This document shows positions 54,083-60,642 of a DNA stretch of 60,642 nucleotides, piece by piece. The stretch is from Actinomycetota bacterium (lineage in GTDB: Bacteria; Actinomycetota; Acidimicrobiia; Acidimicrobiales; CADCTF01), in contig JAXDPV010000245.1 in NCBI GenBank assembly GCA_034668185.1, positions 1 through 60,642 on the forward strand, read 5' to 3'. The position numbers and the translations under genes were made by a program. Within the stretch, counting starts at the first letter, position 1. Every line of letters starts with the position of its first letter. The notes beneath the pieces are model-generated. The model saw only the letters and a program-made list of their open reading frames with translations. It did no database searches and was not told the origin of the DNA.

Positions 54083-56506
54083 ATGGCCGAGCCCTACGAC
54101 GCCCAGGCGATCGAGAAGAAGTGGCAGCAGCGGTGGCAAGAGGAGGGCACCTACGAGGTCGACAACGACGACCCGAGGCCGCCGTTCTACGTCCTCTGCA
54201 TGTACCCGTACCCCAGCGGCCCGGCCCACATGGGCCACGTGCGCAACTACACGTTCGGTGACCTCATCGTCAGGCACAAGACCATGCACGGCCACGGCGT
54301 CCTGAGCCCGATCGGCTTCGACAGCTTCGGCCTGCCCGCCGAGAACGCCGCCATCAAGACCGGCGTCCACCCGAGGAAGTTCACCGACGAGCGCATTGCA
54401 GAGCTGACCAAGAGCCTGAAGGGCATCGGCGCGGCCTACGACTGGCGCCGGCAAGTGAACAGCCACGACCCCGAGTACATGCGCTTCACCCAGACCATCT
54501 TCCTCAAGTTCCGGGAAGCCGGCCTCGCCTACCGGGCCAACGCCCCCGTCAACTGGTGCCCCGGCTGCCACACGGTCCTGGCCAACGAGCAGGTCCTCGC
54601 CAACGGCACCTGCGAGCGCAGCGGCGATGTCGTGCAGAAAAAAGACCTCGAGCAGTGGTTCTTCAAGATCACCGACTACGCCCAGGAGCTCCTCGACGAC
54701 CTCGACCAACTCGACTGGCCCGACCGGGTCAAGACGATGCAACGCAACTGGATCGGCCGCTCCGAAGGCGCCGAGTTCGAGATGCGCATCCAAGGCAGCG
54801 ACGACCCCGAGCACAAGATCAAGGTGTTCACGACAAGGCCGGACACGAGCTTCGGCATGACCTACGCCGTCCTCGCCCCCGAGCACCCGCTCGCCCTGCA
54901 GATCACCACCAAGGACCAGTACGTAGAGGTCGAGCGCTTCATCGCCCAGGCCCGCCTGACGAGCGACATCGATCGCATGTCGTCGGAGGGCGCCCTCGAC
55001 AAGCGGGGCGTGTTCACCGGCGCCTACGCCGTCAACCCGTTCACCGACGAGCCCGTCCCCGTCTACCTCGCCGACTACGTCCTCATGACCTACGGGACCG
55101 GGGCGATCATGGCCGTCCCAGGCCAGGACCAACGGGACTGGGACTTCGCCAAGGCCTACGACCTCCCGATCGTCCGCACCGTCCAACCGCCGCCGGACTG
55201 GCCCGCCGACGGCGAGGCCTACACCGGCGACGGCCCGGCCATCAACAGCCGATGGCTCGACGGCCTCGAGGTCGCGGAAGCGAAGGCCAAGGCCATCGAG
55301 TGGCTCGAAGCCGAAGCCATCGGCGTCCGCAAGGTCAACTACCGACTCCGTGACTGGCTCCTGTCCAGGCAACGCTTCTGGGGCTGCCCGATCCCGATCG
55401 TGTACTGCCCGACCCACGGCGCCGTGCCGGTCCCCGAGTCGCAACTGCCGGTCCTCGCACCCGACGATGTCGAGTTCCGCCCCACCGGCGAGAGCCCGCT
55501 CAAGTTCCACGAAGGCTTCCGCAATACGACCTGCCCGATCTGCGGCGGCCCTGCCGAGCGGGAGACCGACACCATGGACACGTTCGTCGACTCGTCCTGG
55601 TACTTCCTCAGGTTCTGCGACCCCGACAACAAGCTCGAGCCCTTCGGCCACGACGCCGTCGAGAGGTGGATGCCGGTCGACCAATACATCGGCGGCATCG
55701 AGCACGCCATCCTCCACCTCATGTACGCCCGCTTCTTCATGAAGGCGTTGGGCGACGTCGGCCTCGCGCCCAAGCACCTGCGCGAACCCTTCAAGCGGCT
55801 CTTCACCCAGGGCATGATCCGCATGGGCGGCACCAAGATGTCGAAATCGAAGGGGAACCTCGTGGCCCCGAGCAAGTATCTCGATACCACCGGCGCCGAC
55901 GCCCTCCGCCTCTTCCACCTCTTCGTCGGACCGCCCGCCGACGACGTCGACTGGAACGACCAGACCGACGAGGTCATCGAAGGGTGCGCCCGCTTCCTCA
56001 AGCGGGTGTGGCGCCTGGCCCACGAACCGCCGCCGGCGCAGGACGCCTATGAGATCGACCGCGCCGCCCACCGCCTCATCGCCCGCGTCAGCGACGACTA
56101 CGAACGTTGGTCGTACAACACCGCGGTGGCCGCGCTCATGGAGTTCACCAACCTCCTCTACAAGGAAGGGGCGACGCCGTTCGCGGTCGACACGTTGCTC
56201 CTCCTGCTGGCGCCGATGACGCCGCACATCGCGGCCGAGGTGTGGGAGCAGCGCCACGACGGCGCCCACGTCCACGCCCAACCGTGGCCCGTGGCCGACC
56301 CGGCCATGCTCAAGGTCGAGTCGACGACGATGATCGTGCAAGTGAACGGCAAGGTGCGCGACCGGTTGGAAGTTCCGCCCACGATCTCGGCCGACGAAGC
56401 CGAACGGCTTGCACTCGCGTCGGCCAAAGTGCAAGAACAACTGGCCGGAGCCACCCCGAAAAAAGTCATCGCCCGCCCGCCCAAGCTGGTGAACCTCGTT
56501 CTGTAA
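54083..56506 (+). CDS. leuS: Leucine--tRNA ligase
   Basis: 807 aa. HIGH-type motif [13 protein letters not shown] and the KMSKS motif [10 protein letters not shown]. Confidence 0.95.
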   Translation: MAEPYDAQAIEKKWQQRWQEEGTYEVDNDDPRPPFYVLCMYPYPSGPAHMGHVRNYTFGDLIVRHKTMHGHGVLSPIGFDSFGLPAENAAIKTGVHPRKFTDERIAELTKSLKGIGAAYDWRRQVNSHDPEYMRFTQTIFLKFREAGLAYRANAPVNWCPGCHTVLANEQVLANGTCERSGDVVQKKDLEQWFFKITDYAQELLDDLDQLDWPDRVKTMQRNWIGRSEGAEFEMRIQGSDDPEHKIKVFTTRPDTSFGMTYAVLAPEHPLALQITTKDQYVEVERFIAQARLTSDIDRMSSEGALDKRGVFTGAYAVNPFTDEPVPVYLADYVLMTYGTGAIMAVPGQDQRDWDFAKAYDLPIVRTVQPPPDWPADGEAYTGDGPAINSRWLDGLEVAEAKAKAIEWLEAEAIGVRKVNYRLRDWLLSRQRFWGCPIPIVYCPTHGAVPVPESQLPVLAPDDVEFRPTGESPLKFHEGFRNTTCPICGGPAERETDTMDTFVDSSWYFLRFCDPDNKLEPFGHDAVERWMPVDQYIGGIEHAILHLMYARFFMKALGDVGLAPKHLREPFKRLFTQGMIRMGGTKMSKSKGNLVAPSKYLDTTGADALRLFHLFVGPPADDVDWNDQTDEVIEGCARFLKRVWRLAHEPPPAQDAYEIDRAAHRLIARVSDDYERWSYNTAVAALMEFTNLLYKEGATPFAVDTLLLLLAPMTPHIAAEVWEQRHDGAHVHAQPWPVADPAMLKVESTTMIVQVNGKVRDRLEVPPTISADEAERLALASAKVQEQLAGATPKKVIARPPKLVNLVL

Positions 56507-56537
56507 CTTCGCCGTCGTCGCCGAGGTCGGACTCCGC

Positions 56538-58211
56538 ATGACGCGAGCGGAGTCGCCCTCCTTCACCCTGCCCCGACGCATTGCCGAGGCGGCCGCCATG
56601 CGGGAGGGCAAGGTCACGTTCGTCACCGGCGGGGGAGACCCCGACCCGGTGCACTGGTCGCAACTCCATTACGAGGCCAAGGCCGTCGCCGCCGCCCTCC
56701 AAGCGAGGGGCATCGGACCTGGCGACCACGTCTCGCTCCTCGGCCCGACCAGCCGGGCCCTCGTCACCGCCATCCAAGCGGTGTGGCTCGCCGGCGCCAC
56801 CGTCGTCGTCCTCCCGCTGCCCATGCGGCTCGGCTCGATCGAGGAGTTCGTCTCCCAGACCCGCCTGCGGATCAAGGGCGCCGACTCGACGTTGTTGATC
56901 GCCGACGACGACCTGGCCGCCTTCCTCGAACCCGACCCCGACGACCCGCCGACGGCGCTGTTGAGCTCGCTGTCCGGCCACGACGCCGCCGACTTCGCCG
57001 AGGTCGACATCGACCCCGAGTCGCTGGCCATCCTCCAGTTCACCAGCGGGTCGACGTCCGACCCGAAGGGCGTGATGCTCCCGCACCGGGTCGTGCTCAC
57101 CAACCTCGAAGGGTGCGCCCAGGCCGCCAAGTACGACCCCCACACCGACGTGCTGGTGTCATGGCTGCCGCTCTACCACGACATGGGTTTGATCGGCCTG
57201 CTGCTGCTGTCGATGACCGGCGGCGCCGACCTCGTGCTCGGTGCGCCCCAGGACTTCATGGCCGCGCCCGCGAGATGGATGCAGTGGATGAGCGACTTCG
57301 GTGGCACCGCCACCGCCGGCCCCAACTTCTCCTACGCGCTAGCCGCCCGGGCCTTGCGCCGCATGGAGGGCCTCGACCTGTCGAAGTGGCGGGTCGCGCT
57401 CAACGGCGCCGAGCCCGTCGACCCCGACACCATGGCCCAGTTCTGCGAGGCCGCGGCCCGCCACGGCTTCGATGCCGGTGCCCTCTTCCCGGCATTCGGC
57501 ATGGCCGAGCTCGCCATCGGTGGGAGCTTCCCCACGCCGGGGCGCGGCCTCGTCGTCGACACCGTCGACCAGCGGGTGCTCGAGACCGATCGCTATGCCG
57601 CCCCCGTCGCCGCCGACTCGCCCGGTTCCCGTCGCCTGGCCCGCCTCGGCCAACCCATCCCGGGTCTTGAGATGCGCATCGCCGACCCGGTCACCGGCGA
57701 CGTCATGGCCGAGCGCGAAGTCGGCGAGCTCCAGATCGCCGGCACCTCGGTCACCCCCGGCTACTACAAGCACCCCGAAGCCACCGCCGCCGCCTTCACC
57801 GGCGACGGTTGGTTGCGCACCGGCGACCTCGCGTACCTCGTCGACGGCGAACTCGTCATCTGCGGCCGCATCAAGGACGTCATCATCGTCGGCGGCCGCA
57901 ACGTCTTCCCCGAGGACGTCGAGCGGGCGGTGGCCGAGGTCGAGGGCGTGCGGGCCGGCAACGTCATCGCCTTCGGGGTCGAAGGCCGCAAGGGCAAGGA
58001 AGCGGTGATCGTGGTGGCCGAGACCAAGGTCGCCGGAGAGGCCGACGTGATCCGGGCCGCGGTGTCCGTGCGGGTGCGGGAAGCGATCGGCCTGCCGCCC
58101 GAGGAAGTCGTGCTCGTCTCGGCGGGCACCCTGCCCAAGACCTCGTCGGGCAAGCTGCAGCGATCGCTGTGCCGGACGAGGTACCTCGGCGCCGAGCTGA
58201 TCCCGGTCTAG
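56538..58211 (+). CDS. AMP-dependent synthetase/ligase, fatty acyl-AMP ligase-like
   Basis: 557 aa. LQFTSGSTSDPKGV (AMP-binding motif I), YHDMGL, and the C-terminal LPKTSSGKLQR. Confidence 0.8.
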   Translation: MTRAESPSFTLPRRIAEAAAMREGKVTFVTGGGDPDPVHWSQLHYEAKAVAAALQARGIGPGDHVSLLGPTSRALVTAIQAVWLAGATVVVLPLPMRLGSIEEFVSQTRLRIKGADSTLLIADDDLAAFLEPDPDDPPTALLSSLSGHDAADFAEVDIDPESLAILQFTSGSTSDPKGVMLPHRVVLTNLEGCAQAAKYDPHTDVLVSWLPLYHDMGLIGLLLLSMTGGADLVLGAPQDFMAAPARWMQWMSDFGGTATAGPNFSYALAARALRRMEGLDLSKWRVALNGAEPVDPDTMAQFCEAAARHGFDAGALFPAFGMAELAIGGSFPTPGRGLVVDTVDQRVLETDRYAAPVAADSPGSRRLARLGQPIPGLEMRIADPVTGDVMAEREVGELQIAGTSVTPGYYKHPEATAAAFTGDGWLRTGDLAYLVDGELVICGRIKDVIIVGGRNVFPEDVERAVAEVEGVRAGNVIAFGVEGRKGKEAVIVVAETKVAGEADVIRAAVSVRVREAIGLPPEEVVLVSAGTLPKTSSGKLQRSLCRTRYLGAELIPV

Positions 58212-59212
58212 GCCGACTGCAGTTGCTTCACGACGGCGGCGCGGGCGTCGGCGTCGTTGGAGATCGGGAAGTAGAAGCCCGTCCGGTCAATGGCGCCACC
58301 GAAGCGTTCGATCATGCGGTCGGCGACGTCGTCGATCTCGCACACGATGGCGAAGGTGTCGACGATGTCGTCGGTGATGAGCGCCGACATCTCGGCCCAC
58401 TTGCCCTGCTTCGACAAGCCGTTGAGCTCGGTCTGCAGGTCGCCCCAACCGTGAAGCTCGAGTACAGGTCGATAGGCCGGGGTCGAGCCGTAGAACGAGA
58501 CCTGGCCCTTGATCAGCTCCTTGGCCGCGGCCTGCTCCTGCTCGTTGCCGGTGGCGACGAAGGCGGTGTAGCTCGTCTCGTACGACGAACGGTCGCGGCC
58601 GGCTTTGGCCAGGCCCCGCTCGACGGCCGGCAGCGTGACCTCCTTCAAGTAGCGCTCGGTCGAGAACGGATGGACGAGCAGGCCGTCGCACACCTCGCCC
58701 GCGACCTCGGTCATGTGCTCGCCGACGGCGGCGAGGAACACCTTGGGCGGCCCGAACGGGTTGGGGCCCGGCGAGAAGAACGGCGTCATCAGCGTGTGGC
58801 GGTAGAACTCGCCTTCGAAGCTGAGCTTGGTGCCGTTGTTCCAGTTGTCCCAGATCGCCCGCATGGCCAGCACGAACTCCCGCATACGGGGCGCCGGGTG
58901 CGACCACGGCATCGAGAAACGCTTCTCGATGTGGGGCTTGATCTGGCTGCCGAGCCCAAGGATGAAGCGGCCCTTCGACGCGAGCTGCACGTCGTTGGCC
59001 TGCATCGCCGTCGTCATCGGGCTGCGGGCGAACGCGACCGCGATGCCGGTGCCGAGCTCCACCCGTTCGGTGGCCAGGCCGGCGATCAGCAGCGGGAAGA
59101 AGGGGTCGTGCCCCGTCTCCGCCGACCACAGGCCGTCGAGCCCTTGGGCCTCTTGCAGCTTGGCCAAGTCGGCCGCGTTGTCGAACCCGCCAATGCCTCC
59201 GTCAACCTTCAT
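58208..59212 (-). CDS. Luciferase-like monooxygenase, probably an F420-dependent oxidoreductase
   Basis: Start at ATG 59212 (MKVDGGIG). Contains FILGLGSQIKPHIEKRFSMPW and VSFYGSTPAYRPVLELHGW. Its stop shares the CTAG tetranucleotide with the convergent ligase stop. Confidence 0.78.
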   Translation of the reverse strand: MKVDGGIGGFDNAADLAKLQEAQGLDGLWSAETGHDPFFPLLIAGLATERVELGTGIAVAFARSPMTTAMQANDVQLASKGRFILGLGSQIKPHIEKRFSMPWSHPAPRMREFVLAMRAIWDNWNNGTKLSFEGEFYRHTLMTPFFSPGPNPFGPPKVFLAAVGEHMTEVAGEVCDGLLVHPFSTERYLKEVTLPAVERGLAKAGRDRSSYETSYTAFVATGNEQEQAAAKELIKGQVSFYGSTPAYRPVLELHGWGDLQTELNGLSKQGKWAEMSALITDDIVDTFAIVCEIDDVADRMIERFGGAIDRTGFYFPISNDADARAAVVKQLQSA

Positions 59213-59222
59213 GCAGGCGACC

Positions 59223-60107
59223 CTAGCCCTGGCCTTCCTCCCGGAGGAAGCGCTGGAGCTCGGCGGCGATCTCGTCGCCCGAGGGCAGATTGTCGACGTC
59301 AAGTGGAGGGTGATCGTTGCCCGGGTTGGCCTGGTCCTCCTCGAGCTGGCGCTCGAGGGCGTCGACCATGGCCACGTGCTCGGGGTTCTGGGCCACGAGG
59401 CCGTCGATGCGGTCCCTCGTGACCGAGGCCGCGGCCCGCAACTCGGCGGTGTCGACGTCGAGGCCGCTCAGCCGCACGAGCTGGTCGAGGAGGCCGACGC
59501 TGGCCTCGGGGTACGGCATCCCCGAGATGTAGTGCGGCACCATCGCCCACAGGCTGAGGGCGGGGATGCCGGCCCGCTCGAAGCCCTTCAACAGCGCGGC
59601 GTGGATGCCGGCCGGCACCTCGCGCACGCCGGGGATGAAGCCGACGTCGTTGGCCGTCGTCTGGTCGATGGCGGTGGCGATGATGCGCGTCGGGCGGGTG
59701 TGGGGCATGGGCGCGGGGAAGCCGCCGAGTCCAACCGCCAACCTCACGTTGAGCTCGCGACTCAACTGCACGAGCTGGTCGGTGAAGGCCCGCCATTGGT
59801 AGTCGGGCTCGGGGCCGACGAGGAGGAGGACGTCGTTGCCGCGGGCGTCGGCGCCCAGGCGGAGCTGGATCTCCGGGGTGGTCACCGACTCGAGCACGCC
59901 GTTGACGATGCGTTGCGTCGGCCGTCGCGAGCGATGGTCGATGAGCACGTCGGAGTCGAAGGTGACGATTGGGTTGGTATGCATGGCGCCGAGCAGCGCG
60001 GCCAACGCGGTGCCGCCGGACAGGCCGGCGTCGACCCAACCCTCCAGGCCCATGACGAGCACGGGTTCGATGGGCGGCGTGTCGGGGAGGTCGAGCCTTC
60101 GCAGCAT
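59223..60107 (-). CDS. PAC2 (proteasome assembly chaperone-like) family protein
   Basis: Start at ATG 60107 (MLRRLDLPD). Contains VLVMGLEGWVDAG, LLLVGPEPDYQW and VPHY. Confidence 0.7.
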   Translation of the reverse strand: MLRRLDLPDTPPIEPVLVMGLEGWVDAGLSGGTALAALLGAMHTNPIVTFDSDVLIDHRSRRPTQRIVNGVLESVTTPEIQLRLGADARGNDVLLLVGPEPDYQWRAFTDQLVQLSRELNVRLAVGLGGFPAPMPHTRPTRIIATAIDQTTANDVGFIPGVREVPAGIHAALLKGFERAGIPALSLWAMVPHYISGMPYPEASVGLLDQLVRLSGLDVDTAELRAAASVTRDRIDGLVAQNPEHVAMVDALERQLEEDQANPGNDHPPLDVDNLPSGDEIAAELQRFLREEGQG

Positions 60108-60642
60108 CAGCCCAACCGGCCCGCGGCCGCTTGCGATGCTTCGGCCAACCGCACCACCGACTCGCCGAACGCTTCCCACGCGGCGCCGTCGGAGCCCATG
60201 GCCCCCTTGGCGTAGCGGGTGTAGACGCCGTCGAGGATGCAGGCCAGCTTCCAGTACCCGAAGGCGACGTAGAAGTCGAGGCCGCTCAGGTCCCTCGTCG
60301 AGCGCGCGGCGTACATCTCCCGCAGGTCGTGGCGGTGCGGGAAGCCGGGGAGGGCGGTGGCGCCGGCGCCGGCGAGCGAGGCCATGGCGTCGTCGGGATC
60401 GTTCCAATAGACCATGAGCAGTCCGAGGTCGGCGAGCGGGTCGCCGAGGGTGCAGAGCTCCCAGTCGAGCACCGCCCTTACGGTGCCGTCGTCGCCGACC
60501 ATGGTGTTGTCCAACCGGTAGTCGCCGTGGACGATGGCCGCGCCCTGTTGCTCGGGGATGCGGGCGCTGAGGAGGTCGTGCATCTCGTCGACCAGCGGGA
60601 CCTCGCGCATCTTCGACTGCTCGAACTGGCCGTACCAGCGCT
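60107..60642 (-). CDS. Phosphotransferase (APH/choline-kinase-like) family protein, 5' part outside the window
   Basis: Brenner motif IVHGDYRLDN plus VLDWE. The frame stays open to the window edge. Confidence 0.7.
   Translation of the reverse strand, partial: RWYGQFEQSKMREVPLVDEMHDLLSARIPEQQGAAIVHGDYRLDNTMVGDDGTVRAVLDWELCTLGDPLADLGLLMVYWNDPDDAMASLAGAGATALPGFPHRHDLREMYAARSTRDLSGLDFYVAFGYWKLACILDGVYTRYAKGAMGSDGAAWEAFGESVVRLAEASQAAAGRLG

Noticed and set aside
54029-56626. 865-aa minus-strand ORF opposite leuS
   Set aside because: leuS on the plus strand has HIGH and KMSKS motifs. The minus-strand product is low-complexity.

Overview
High-GC chromosomal segment that looks like Actinomycetota (judged by eye; no GC calculation was possible). 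The evidence is F420-type luciferase-like oxidoreductases, a PAC2 protein, a FAAL-like ligase, and the housekeeping gene order obg-proB ... proA ... nadD-rsfS ... tRNA-Ala/leuS. This backbone is interrupted by accessory blocks. (1) 1.3-7.6 kb, minus strand: PspA plus a membrane partner, and four start/stop-overlapping genes (lipoprotein, CbbX/SpoVK-type AAA+ ATPase, exported binding-protein-like protein, exported solute-binding+VWA lipoprotein). (2) 8.9-11.2 kb: a MoxR/VWA (CoxD/CoxE-like) pair. (3) 16.4-21.6 kb: a complete sulfate-assimilation operon, sir-cysC-cysH-cysD-cysN. (4) 21.7-25.6 kb: class II DAHP synthase, an Lrp regulator, a heme-oxygenase-like protein and HPPD. (5) 28.6-32.4 kb: two exported proteins that each end in a type-1-copper (cupredoxin) motif. 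The main accessory feature is a roughly 21 kb integrated mobile element (about 32.46-53.88 kb) with visibly lower GC. It sits beside tRNA-Ala(GGC) and carries a large serine recombinase. It also carries an ImmR/ImmA-like switch, an ArdA-like gene, an orphan SPPY methyltransferase, a replication-relaxation protein and a T4SS coupling-protein-like ATPase. Its cargo is a PvuII-like C-controlled type II R-M, a three-gene exported-protein cluster, a TetR regulator with an orphan gene, and a Trypco2-like gene abutting a cytoplasmic trypsin-like protease. That last pair is my best candidate for an uncharacterised conflict/defence system. All domain calls rest on motifs read from the translations and on memory of protein families; none has been checked against a database. 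Many long ORFs in the six-frame track are antisense shadow ORFs typical of high-GC DNA and were discarded.
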